Of a stretch of DNA of 25,849 nt, positions 7,954-16,121 are shown piece by piece. Position 1 is the stretch's first letter, and each line of letters opens with the position of its first letter. A program made the translations under genes and the position numbers. Source of the stretch: a virus (taxonomy: Duplodnaviria > Caudoviricetes); IMG/VR virus record IMGVR_UViG_3300001380_000015, positions 1 through 25,849 of that record. The stretch is one strand, 5' to 3'. Under the pieces are notes generated by a model. That model was given only the letters and a program-made list of their open reading frames with translations, did not search any database and was not told the DNA's origin.

Positions 7954-8141
7954 ATCTGCATACTACTCCATAGACATGCCTCATATTCTTCTAGTGAATG
8001 ACGTTTTTCATCCTCCTTAGATAGTCTACAAGCAAGCATCCAAAGATCAGTAATTGTATTGACATCAGATTGATTATTACAGTTTCGTATTGCATTTCTT
8101 ATATCTTCATCATGACTTTTTAACCATATATTATGCATCAT
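7950..8141 (-). CDS. Hypothetical protein
   Basis: ORF track; overlaps both neighbours. Confidence 0.6.
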   Translation of the reverse strand: MMHNIWLKSHDEDIRNAIRNCNNQSDVNTITDLWMLACRLSKEDEKRHSLEEYEACLWSSMQI

Positions 8142-9264
8142 TGTATCTACTCACAATAATATGTTTAACATCACCAGCGATGTTCTGCTGATTAGGTCGT
8201 GATGCTGACAATCGACCTGTAGCCGCAACAACTTGATTAAACTGACCATGTAACATTCCTGGTTCCCAATCCATTTTCTCTATTAACTCCGGAAGTCCTT
8301 CATAGTAGTCCAATAACTTGGTTAATTCACTTCGACGAAGTAGCAGCTCAAGGATTCCTTTTGGACCACGTAGTTGTCGAATAAGTGTTTCATCCGTTGA
8401 ATAATACCCTTCTTTTTTGAGTTCACTTTTCTCGATAGGTTGGTACATTCTTGGAAGAATGAATTCATCCTTTATAACCTTGTTCCGCGGCTTCCCAAGT
8501 TTCTGACCAGATTTATAAACTCCAATAACTTCCCGACGATCCACCCGAATAACCCCACCATAAAGAAAAACAGAAAGGTGATCGGGAGAATCAAAATTAA
8601 CAGGGACGTGTGGATAAACCCCTCTGAGTTTTGTCTCGATTTGTTGTAATTCGTCATGTACTTTGGTTGATTCCTCCTGGCATTTTTCTACGTCCAGCTT
8701 TAGACCATTCCACTCCATCTCGGCCAGAACAAGCAAGTCTTGGCAGGACACCTGAAACAGTCGATATAGTTTAGGGTACTCTTGGAAATGTTCCCGCTGT
8801 TTCTGGTAAACCTCCATTGTCCTAAGTAAATCAATTGACAAATAGTATAACATGAGTTCGGGTGGTATGTCAAGTGTATCTATTCCTTTAGACCAAAAAT
8901 CTCGTTCAATTGTGGGGTCTTTTCCAGAGAGTCCATAGTACTGGCAGACTCCTTCAAGGCTTGGGTATACTTCTCTCTGACCAGTGAGCAGAAAGTGGGC
9001 AAGTTGACAATCCCAAACTCTTCGCACACTACTCGGATCAGCCCCTGCTCGTCTGCGCCAATGTAAATCGAACTTGAGATTGAATCCAACCAGTGTGGAC
9101 TCAGGAATAATGAGGCGCTCGATGTGAGGTAGGATAGCTGGAGTGCCAATGAGAATAGAGCCTCCTTCGGGATAGGCACCCACGTAACAGAGTTGGTTTC
9201 GTTTGGCAAAGGGGTTTCCTTTCTGAAAGATTGAGGTTTCTACGTCAAAGACGACTGCTGACAT
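8131..9264 (-). CDS. Family A DNA polymerase, N-terminal part (3'-5' exonuclease, thumb, start of palm)
   Basis: ExoI FDVET, ExoII FNLKFD, ExoIII YLSID; MEWNG, YSTDE, ATGRLS...PNQQNI. Confidence 0.92.
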   Translation of the reverse strand: MSAVVFDVETSIFQKGNPFAKRNQLCYVGAYPEGGSILIGTPAILPHIERLIIPESTLVGFNLKFDLHWRRRAGADPSSVRRVWDCQLAHFLLTGQREVYPSLEGVCQYYGLSGKDPTIERDFWSKGIDTLDIPPELMLYYLSIDLLRTMEVYQKQREHFQEYPKLYRLFQVSCQDLLVLAEMEWNGLKLDVEKCQEESTKVHDELQQIETKLRGVYPHVPVNFDSPDHLSVFLYGGVIRVDRREVIGVYKSGQKLGKPRNKVIKDEFILPRMYQPIEKSELKKEGYYSTDETLIRQLRGPKGILELLLRRSELTKLLDYYEGLPELIEKMDWEPGMLHGQFNQVVAATGRLSASRPNQQNIAGDVKHIIVSRYNDA

Positions 9265-9453
9265 CTACTTTGACGCTAGTTGTTTAAGTTGGCCCAAGAG
9301 CTCATGTAAATGTTGCGAGTCTATTGCTCGACAAGATCGAAGATAATTAGGATGAAATTTATTCCCATTATCAGACTCTTCCTCAATATCCAGGTAATAA
9401 AAAAATTGACGTAGTAAATCTTTTATTAGTTCGTCTTTTGAATTATAAATCAT
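9265..9453 (-). CDS. Hypothetical protein
   Basis: ORF track; ATGA coupling. Confidence 0.65.
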   Translation of the reverse strand: MIYNSKDELIKDLLRQFFYYLDIEEESDNGNKFHPNYLRSCRAIDSQHLHELLGQLKQLASK

Positions 9454-9872
9454 CTGTACCCAAAAGTATCATTTTTCTTGACATCATCTAAAAGTTTATT
9501 CTTCATTCTGACCACTTTCTCTTGAGTTACTCCATGTTGATTGATAAAGTCTGGTGAGTCCAGGATCATAAATTGAAGACTATATCCCTTCTCGTCAGCC
9601 AACTTTACATATCTTTCAAACTGCCACTGTTCAAGATTGGTATTGGAAACAATAGTATTCCAACCATTAGCTAACGATTTGGCAACGGCTTTAAAACATT
9701 CATCATGACATTCTTTGAGTCTGTAATGATTAAACTTGTAATTCCCATCCAAATCTGTCATCCATACATCTGCTTCAAACCAAAAGTCAAACAATCCATG
9801 ATCAACTAAAGCATCAGCAATAGTACTCTTACCACTTCCAGGAGCACCACGAATAATCAGAAGAGTAGGCAT
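9450..9872 (-). CDS. P-loop kinase (AAA_33 / polynucleotide kinase-like)
   Basis: IIRGAPGSGKST, EAD, IVSNTN, HGV. Confidence 0.85.
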   Translation of the reverse strand: MPTLLIIRGAPGSGKSTIADALVDHGLFDFWFEADVWMTDLDGNYKFNHYRLKECHDECFKAVAKSLANGWNTIVSNTNLEQWQFERYVKLADEKGYSLQFMILDSPDFINQHGVTQEKVVRMKNKLLDDVKKNDTFGYR

Positions 9873-10495
9873 TAAAAGTCCCTTTCAGGAAGAAATTCTT
9901 CTTTCATAAATTGTTTCCCATTAAATGAATTATCATCATTCCCATGCCCATCAGTTGTCTGAAAATTTCTAGAAGCCATTATATCATAAACCTCAAGGAA
10001 AGACAAGGGATAATAATGGTGACAATCAACGCCAACGTCAAGACGTTTTCCCAGGTTATTCCTTTTAAGCGATCCATGACAGTGGCCATGAAGGTGCCAA
10101 GAGCCATGCGACATTCCATCCCAAGACTCGATTGGATAATGACAGAGAACAATCCGAGCATTGTATTCAGTTTTCCCTCCGAAGAAGTTCTTGACAGTTA
10201 GACGATAGTAGTCTTTGACCCACTCGAACTGATCCCGTACTTCCTGTGAGAAATTATCGTGATTCCCACGGATCAGAAAAATACGTCCATTAAGTTGGTG
10301 AAGTATTTCAAGTGCCTTGTTAGTCCCACAAAAAGCAAAGTCGCCAAGATGATACACATCATCTTCCGGCTTAACGACTTCATTCCATCTCTCAATTAGA
10401 CCTTCCTCCATGTGATTGCAGTCGGCAAAAGGACGCCCACAGTACTTGATGATATTACTGTGATTAAAGTGGGTATCAGATGTAAAGAAAATCAT
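9872..10495 (-). CDS. Calcineurin-like metallophosphoesterase
   Basis: SDTH, HLGD, GNHD, LCHYP, HGHCH, DVGVD; ATG 10495 (ATGA overlap). Confidence 0.9.
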   Translation of the reverse strand: MIFFTSDTHFNHSNIIKYCGRPFADCNHMEEGLIERWNEVVKPEDDVYHLGDFAFCGTNKALEILHQLNGRIFLIRGNHDNFSQEVRDQFEWVKDYYRLTVKNFFGGKTEYNARIVLCHYPIESWDGMSHGSWHLHGHCHGSLKRNNLGKRLDVGVDCHHYYPLSFLEVYDIMASRNFQTTDGHGNDDNSFNGKQFMKEEFLPERDF

Positions 10496-10662
10496 TCGTC
10501 CGGGGTCTCCCAAAATCTACAATAAAAGTATTCACCATAAGAATCAATTTCCCATTGTGGATAACCTTCTTCAAGTAACCATTTTCTTAAATCATCTGCA
10601 TCTTTTGGAATAACTTTCGGGAATCCGTACTTCCAACCAGAAGGTGGATCAATAAATTTCAT
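10492..10662 (-). CDS. Conserved small phage protein (56 aa)
   Basis: Hand-translated MKFIDPPSGWKYGFPK...WLLEEGYP; coupled on both sides. Confidence 0.75.
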   Translation of the reverse strand: MKFIDPPSGWKYGFPKVIPKDADDLRKWLLEEGYPQWEIDSYGEYFYCRFWETPDE

Positions 10663-10775
10663 AGTTCATCCTCAATTGGTTCATATCTATCCCACCAATA
10701 ATAATAGGCCCGTTCAGTTAGCCAATGACCAAATTTAAACCAACAATACTTGTTATTAGCATTAGCTATTTTCAT
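10659..10775 (-). CDS. Small aromatic-rich peptide (38 aa)
   Basis: MKIANANNKYCWFKFGHWLTERAYYYWWDRYEPIEDEL; TAATG and ATGA couplings. Confidence 0.6.
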   Translation of the reverse strand: MKIANANNKYCWFKFGHWLTERAYYYWWDRYEPIEDEL

Positions 10776-10963
10776 TATTCAAAACTCAGCGGGTTGTACT
10801 TCTTGTCGGCTTCATTCATATCGTCCTCCAATTTGTATGCTTCCTCTTTGGTTAGGTCTCCGGCTACCTTTCCGCCGGATCGCCAAGACCAGAGTTCGTA
10901 ATTGTATGCACAGTGCTTGTATGTGATTACCACGTAGTAATTTGGACGATTAAACTTGGTCAA
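10775..10963 (-). CDS. Hypothetical protein
   Basis: ORF track; TTGA overlap. Confidence 0.6.
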   Translation of the reverse strand: MTKFNRPNYYVVITYKHCAYNYELWSWRSGGKVAGDLTKEEAYKLEDDMNEADKKYNPLSFE

Positions 10964-11862
10964 AATAACTCCGGCTTAAGTTGTTTGATTTTTTGAATCG
11001 TAAGGGCTTTCAGAGTTTTACCATTGATCGTTCCAAATTTAAGTTCTTTCCACTGATCCCATAGTTCTTCCTTGACCACATCATAGAAAACTCGTTCAAA
11101 AAGTTCGGGAATGTTCTTAGAAGACCAACCACCCTTTGATTCCTTGATTTTTTCAATTGTCTTGTCAACCAAATGAGTGGAGACAACTGATTGTACAATC
11201 CGGTCCTCATTAAGTAGACCTGTATTGATGTCCGGGGCACCCATTACTTTGTGGTGTTCATCCTTAAACTCCTGCCGGATTAGCTTCGCCCACACTTGAT
11301 CCCCAAACTTATTGTAAAAGTCGTAGTTCTTAATAACAATCCCCTCGCCGGGGTCCCCTTCATCCGGACACAGGTATCTATTCTTAGCCAGGAACTCCAT
11401 AAAATGCTCATAGCGCCCATTCTTGACGGTTGCCAGGGGTGGTATATAGTCGAGACCAAACTCGTCTAGGAGAGGTTTATACACGTCGTATGGAAGATAC
11501 ATCTCGGAGGTATCATCGTACACGTCGAAGACATAGAATCGTCTCCAAGCATCCTCTCGATAGCCTTTAAAGGTGTGTGGAACCAGCCATTCCCCATAGA
11601 GTCTCAAATACCTGTGTTTGGTGTGAAATTGATTTAAACCATCATGTTTATTTCCCCAAGTAGCAAAACCAGCATTGTCGCTATTTGCCAAATGACGGGT
11701 TCGACTCCCAAAACCAAGATAATATTCTGTGCCATTAATTAACCATGTTGATGCATTAGTCCCATCTAGTTTTGGAAAGACATAGACTTGCCCGAGTTCA
11801 ATCCCCTCGACCTCTGTGTTACCAAACTTCTCGATGTGCATGTACTGTCGGAATCCACTCAT
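10960..11862 (-). CDS. ATP-dependent RNA ligase (Rnl2-like)
   Basis: Motif I KLDGTN, LYGEW, FYVFDV, EGIVIK, WAKL; ATG 11862 with GGAG SD and ATGA overlap. Confidence 0.85.
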   Translation of the reverse strand: MSGFRQYMHIEKFGNTEVEGIELGQVYVFPKLDGTNASTWLINGTEYYLGFGSRTRHLANSDNAGFATWGNKHDGLNQFHTKHRYLRLYGEWLVPHTFKGYREDAWRRFYVFDVYDDTSEMYLPYDVYKPLLDEFGLDYIPPLATVKNGRYEHFMEFLAKNRYLCPDEGDPGEGIVIKNYDFYNKFGDQVWAKLIRQEFKDEHHKVMGAPDINTGLLNEDRIVQSVVSTHLVDKTIEKIKESKGGWSSKNIPELFERVFYDVVKEELWDQWKELKFGTINGKTLKALTIQKIKQLKPELF

Positions 11863-12299
11863 TTCTGCCACTCCAACATGTAGATGTAATACCTTCCGTG
11901 ATTGCTTCGTACCCGACCAGTTGGGATAAACCCGACTTCGATTAGTGCATCAATAATTTCATCGCAACCTTCCTGTCTCTCGGAAACACTACACCGCACG
12001 AAGTCTTCCTTCTTTCTACTATTCAACTGATATCCTCGAAAGAGATACGGCCAATATTTTGAAAGGTTATCGTTATGACAAAATGATCCGATTTCGTTGA
12101 TAGCACAACTAAACTGACTTTGTTCCCTGTCAAACGATAATTCCCCATCATTTATTCTGTAAGCATCATATGGTGTATCAGGTTTATTTTCAGCCATTCT
12201 TTCCAGACTGTAATTGTATCTGTGGTTGAGGCGAATCTTTTCTTTCTTCAAATCGGCTTCCAGAGATTTCAGAGTCTTGTATTCCGTCGCGGGTTTCAT
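11859..12299 (-). CDS. Hypothetical protein, possible divergent GNAT-like fold
   Basis: FSCAINEIG...ALIEVGF...RSNHG pattern; fold is an inference. Confidence 0.65.
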   Translation of the reverse strand: MKPATEYKTLKSLEADLKKEKIRLNHRYNYSLERMAENKPDTPYDAYRINDGELSFDREQSQFSCAINEIGSFCHNDNLSKYWPYLFRGYQLNSRKKEDFVRCSVSERQEGCDEIIDALIEVGFIPTGRVRSNHGRYYIYMLEWQK

Positions 12300-12300
12300 G

Positions 12301-12483
12301 CTAAATCTCCCAACCTTTATTGTGCCAAATCTCTAGTGTCCCATCTGACCTCAACACACAGTCATTAAAATCTTCTTCAAAGATTAATTCAGGGTCTTCA
12401 CCAGGGGAAGATAAAGCAATACACACCTTAATCTTGTCAACCCGTGGATCATTTAATATAGACTTCAGACGTTGGGTTTCCAT
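12301..12483 (-). CDS. Hypothetical protein
   Basis: ORF track; TAATG coupling with the helicase. Confidence 0.65.
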   Translation of the reverse strand: METQRLKSILNDPRVDKIKVCIALSSPGEDPELIFEEDFNDCVLRSDGTLEIWHNKGWEI

Positions 12484-13754
12484 TAGTTCACCTGTGAGTA
12501 GTCGATGACATCTTGATAGCGTGCAATCGTAGGTTTAATGATAACATCCCACTTTCCGTGACGCATTTCTGGATCACTGTCTTCATCTCCAATTAATTTA
12601 TTTTTTGAGACATGAAAGTGTCGTACGAATTCAAATCCGACATCGTTTTGTCGACCAATTCCAAGTATCCAATCTGCTTCAGCTTGTTTAGATGTTTTTG
12701 CATTTGCGACATTAGCCATTGTGAGCCATTTTTGTCCTTCTCCTGATCCGTCTGCTTGGCATATTCCGATAACAGGAGCGTAAGTTTTTGCAAGCTCTCT
12801 AGCCCACTGATATATTGATCCAAGTTTAAGGTCTTCCCTGTCGGCCTGAAATCCTCCAATTTTATCGATTTGGTCGAAGACGATGAGGGCTGGCGAAATC
12901 TCCGAACATATTCTTTCCACGTCCGAACGACTGATAATCGCGTTATCATAGAGTTTAATGTTTCCCTTTGTAGCCTTTAGAAAAGCGTCCTTGTGTTTCT
13001 TATGACCCGAAAATAACTGTTCAAGTCCGAGTCCAAGGGCAGCTTGATAGTTGCGAAGCATGACCTTGGTCCCCTGCTCCTCGTTGTTAAACCATACAAT
13101 AGGAGCTTGAGTCTGACCTGCCATATGTGTGACCGTATGGCATAGAAATGTGGTCTTGCCAGTTTCGGGACGAGCGAACACGAATCCGAAATCGCCTCGT
13201 CTAAGACTCCCAAGACTTCTATTAAGAGACGCAAGAGGCCAACGTAAGCCTTGTATCCTAATAGCTTCATTATAAAGTTCTTCAAGATCATCGGTTACAG
13301 GTTCCCATTCCGGTTCAGATAAAGTCTCATCTTTCCCTTCCGCAAGGAGTTTCCCGAGTTGCACCAAATCTTTAATTTTGGAGGAATCGTTGATAGAATC
13401 AAACGCCGTAATAGCCATTTGGTGCAGAGTAACTTTTCGTGCCATGGACCCAAGAAGAGCATGTATGACCTCATCGGCCACCTTACTCTCCGAGATACTT
13501 TTGAATATATTTTCAAATGTGGTTCTCTCAACTTCGGTTGGATTTTTGGTAGACAAGTAATGCGCATGAAAATCCTCCAAAGACGAAGACTCCGGATACT
13601 TTTCTCGAAAAGACCTGAGTACTTCAAAGACAACGTAGATGTCAGGGTATGTTTCCCTGACATAATTAAGATTAATATAGGATATATATTTTATATATAT
13701 TTGAGGATTCAAAATCATCTTTAATATTATACCATGTTCAGGGAGTTGGTGCAA
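12483..13754 (-). CDS. DnaB-like (SF4) replicative helicase
   Basis: Walker A ARPETGKT, NEE, Walker B IVFDQID, CQA, EAD, KNK; start is TTG 13754 or ATG 13718. Confidence 0.9.
   Translation of the reverse strand: MHQLPEHGIILKMILNPQIYIKYISYINLNYVRETYPDIYVVFEVLRSFREKYPESSSLEDFHAHYLSTKNPTEVERTTFENIFKSISESKVADEVIHALLGSMARKVTLHQMAITAFDSINDSSKIKDLVQLGKLLAEGKDETLSEPEWEPVTDDLEELYNEAIRIQGLRWPLASLNRSLGSLRRGDFGFVFARPETGKTTFLCHTVTHMAGQTQAPIVWFNNEEQGTKVMLRNYQAALGLGLEQLFSGHKKHKDAFLKATKGNIKLYDNAIISRSDVERICSEISPALIVFDQIDKIGGFQADREDLKLGSIYQWARELAKTYAPVIGICQADGSGEGQKWLTMANVANAKTSKQAEADWILGIGRQNDVGFEFVRHFHVSKNKLIGDEDSDPEMRHGKWDVIIKPTIARYQDVIDYSQVN
13726..13754 (-). promoter_or_regulatory. Near-consensus sigma70 promoter with extended -10
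   Basis: TTGCAC (13754-13749), 17-nt spacer ending TGG, TATAAT (13731-13726). Confidence 0.65.
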
Positions 13755-14184
13755 GTTTTATTTTCCTAAGAATAGCGTTGGCAAACATCACCAATTGCTC
13801 CGATGTGGCATTGTTTTTTAATCTATTAGCTAAATAACTAATTACTTCAACATTTCCTTTAATATATCCCTTAGTATTATCAATGCGATCCAATGATGGA
13901 GAGTTGTCGCTGTTTTTATTAGTTCCTTTTTCTAATTTAAATCCAAAATAAGGGCATACTTCGGGTATGATAACATCAGTTATATCAATATTAAATTCAA
14001 AACCGTAACGTTTTGCTCTACTCTTGGCTTGGCATAACATCCAGGCTTCTGGATGATTTAATTTCCACTCCTTACTTCTTTGTACAGCTTTAGTTTTGTT
14101 TATTTTAGCCCATTCCTTAGAGCGTTTATTCATTTCTTCTTTATGCAATTGATAGTATTTTTGATTATAGATTTTATCTGTCAA
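13738..14184 (-). CDS. HNH-like free-standing (homing-type) endonuclease
   Basis: AKSRAK, CPY, SPSLDRID..KGY..GNV..IS..AN..K; visibly AT-rich; sits between primase and helicase. Confidence 0.85.
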   Translation of the reverse strand: MTDKIYNQKYYQLHKEEMNKRSKEWAKINKTKAVQRSKEWKLNHPEAWMLCQAKSRAKRYGFEFNIDITDVIIPEVCPYFGFKLEKGTNKNSDNSPSLDRIDNTKGYIKGNVEVISYLANRLKNNATSEQLVMFANAILRKIKLAPTP

Positions 14185-14930
14185 ATAACAGCCTCCACAA
14201 AGTTGTTTATTTCTTCATCCGTGTAGTCTTTCGGGTCTTCTTCCGTAATTATTACGCCAGTATTAAATCCCTGTTGACGAGCCTTTAATGCGAGAGCCAT
14301 TGATTCCTTTGCCTTGTCATAATCCAGCCAAAAGAAAAGCGTATCCCCTAGGAAATTCATCCTATGAAGTTGTGGTCGTGTTACATTGGACCCAAATAAA
14401 GGCATCACCCGATACTGACGTGATACCTTGATGGCAGAAATCATGTCCTCTACAAGTATTATACCATCTTTGGGGCGTTTCGTCAACTTCTGATCAAAAG
14501 TTGTCAAGACATCATGGATGTTTCCCATGCTAAAATACTTTGGATACAACTTTTCGGGTCCAAATGATCGTCCTTGCCAAACCAACAATTGCTCTTTTAT
14601 CCCATAAACTGGAAAGATCAACATCTGTCGACTAGGAGACCATTTTAACCGAAATTCTTTTACTTCATTCCATGTGATGTCATAGCTTGATAACCATTGA
14701 AGTGCCACGAAGTCGATGTCTTCGGTCACATCCACCGGAAGAGAAATATTCCGGGAATCCACTACAACATGTTGTTTAAGTTGATCTCGTACACTCGCAA
14801 ATATAGTAAGGCCACAACTATAGCAATGTTTGTGACCATCATTATACACAGCAAGATTATCGCGGGATGTATCCCGACCACCCGCCGCACAACGCGGACA
14901 ACGCTCTCGATGATGTAGTTGATCATTCAT
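14181..14930 (-). CDS. DNA primase (Zn finger + Toprim)
   Basis: CPRC...HCYSC, WQGR, PKY, ILVED, WLDYD, DPKD. Confidence 0.9.
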   Translation of the reverse strand: MNDQLHHRERCPRCAAGGRDTSRDNLAVYNDGHKHCYSCGLTIFASVRDQLKQHVVVDSRNISLPVDVTEDIDFVALQWLSSYDITWNEVKEFRLKWSPSRQMLIFPVYGIKEQLLVWQGRSFGPEKLYPKYFSMGNIHDVLTTFDQKLTKRPKDGIILVEDMISAIKVSRQYRVMPLFGSNVTRPQLHRMNFLGDTLFFWLDYDKAKESMALALKARQQGFNTGVIITEEDPKDYTDEEINNFVEAVI

Positions 14931-15246
14931 TTATTACCTGTTTTGTCTTGGAATCAAACACATGTATAACCAGTGGATCGTCGAACTTCACAGTTATCTG
15001 TGGACCTTCTTCCACAACTGAAACAGGTTTCCTTGTTTCCACCTGTTTTGGCAGGAATAACACCGGAGTTTGCTCGTTATCCGCCAATTTGTCCCGATTA
15101 ACAAGACGCAATCCACACCCGCGACCTCGATTACAATCCAAAAACTCCTTGTCAAATGCTTTCTTATTTGGATCAATTTTCTTGTGACAATTCGGGCATT
15201 TAATCTTTTTGATTCGGGCCGCCAAAGTCCTCTTCCCCGTTTTCAT
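14923..15246 (-). CDS. Hypothetical Zn-ribbon protein
   Basis: CPNC...CNRGRGC; start uncertain, ATG 15246 minimises overlap. Confidence 0.5.
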   Translation of the reverse strand: MKTGKRTLAARIKKIKCPNCHKKIDPNKKAFDKEFLDCNRGRGCGLRLVNRDKLADNEQTPVLFLPKQVETRKPVSVVEEGPQITVKFDDPLVIHVFDSKTKQVINE

Positions 15247-15394
15247 CGTGAAGTGAGTAAACCACCAAATCGCAATCAATATCCCGAAGACAACGTAAAC
15301 ACATGTCAGTATACTCGTCTGTACTAGCATTTTTAAGGGATGTCTCATAATCGGTCAGGAGTCCATCACATGCTACACAATGCATGACGACCAT
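15200..15394 (-). CDS. Small Zn-finger protein with acidic tail
   Basis: CVAC...CLRC; tail DENGEEDFGGPNQKD. Confidence 0.7.
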   Translation of the reverse strand: MVVMHCVACDGLLTDYETSLKNASTDEYTDMCLRCLRDIDCDLVVYSLHDENGEEDFGGPNQKD

Positions 15395-15705
15395 CCATTA
15401 ATTGGATGAAGTTCCATAATACAATCTTCGGAAGTAATGTCATTTGGATTTTGGTCCACAAGTGGATTAATTCTCACAATATGTCCCCCAACTGGAGATA
15501 CCAGACATTTCAAAGCTCGTGTGGTTTCCAATGAAAAAATAGGTTGATCTGGTTTAACTACTCGACCTTCATTTAATCGGGGAACCATAGTAATAATCTC
15601 CCCAAGGGATGATCGACCTTCTTTGGTCAGATAAATCCTGGCTACCCTTATATCTTCAAAGACAGTAATTTGGAAAAGACCGTCATTGGTATGAAGGGTT
15701 TTCAT
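15373..15705 (-). CDS. Glycine cleavage H-like (lipoyl/biotinyl hybrid fold) protein lacking the lipoyl Lys
   Basis: LGEI...LETTRALKCLVSPVGGHIVRIN...NP aligns by eye with GcvH LGD...[21 protein letters not shown]...SP; ATG 15705 with AAGGA SD and ATGA overlap. Confidence 0.75.
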   Translation of the reverse strand: MKTLHTNDGLFQITVFEDIRVARIYLTKEGRSSLGEIITMVPRLNEGRVVKPDQPIFSLETTRALKCLVSPVGGHIVRINPLVDQNPNDITSEDCIMELHPINGWSSCIV

Positions 15706-16121
15706 AATTCCTTTGCCAGAATAACACAATAGTTATCGCTTCGTTTAGATAAGAAATCAAGTACTCTCTTGTATCCCCTACCTTCAAAGAAATCTATCCA
15801 TTCTGGTCTTACGTGGCCTACCATCAGATAATTATATGGGGACTTTCTACAGACATCTTCAACCCAATCCCATAAAATTGGTTCTTTCCCCAGCACATAA
15901 TGTGCTACTGCAACTCCACAATTACCTTCCAAAGTAGTTAGATGCAATGATCCAAACTCTCCACCAACTCGCATTCCACCAGCATCACCATAATCAATGG
16001 AGATTCCTTTTGGTGGAGGATTATTTTCCAGAACATGGTCAACAGCAGGTTTCGACCACCTAACCACTCCTTCGACACCCCAAATAAACGACCAATCTCT
16101 CATTATTGATTTCTCATCCAT
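15702..16121 (-). CDS. Hypothetical protein, possible GNAT-like fold
   Basis: EGNCGVAV...YLMV...FFEGRGYKRV...ILAKEL resembles the GNAT C-terminal half. Confidence 0.65.
   Translation of the reverse strand: MDEKSIMRDWSFIWGVEGVVRWSKPAVDHVLENNPPPKGISIDYGDAGGMRVGGEFGSLHLTTLEGNCGVAVAHYVLGKEPILWDWVEDVCRKSPYNYLMVGHVRPEWIDFFEGRGYKRVLDFLSKRSDNYCVILAKEL

Noticed and set aside
7531-8130. Group I intron or intein between the polymerase halves
   Set aside because: Interval is fully tiled by coupled ORFs; no Cys/Ser start, His-Asn end, endonuclease or recognisable intron core
13670-13702. TA-rich run as origin or repeat
   Set aside because: Explained by Ile/Tyr/Lys codons of the helicase N-terminus
14164-14184. 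TTGACA...TATAAT at the HNH start
   Set aside because: Spacer is only 9 nt, incompatible with sigma70
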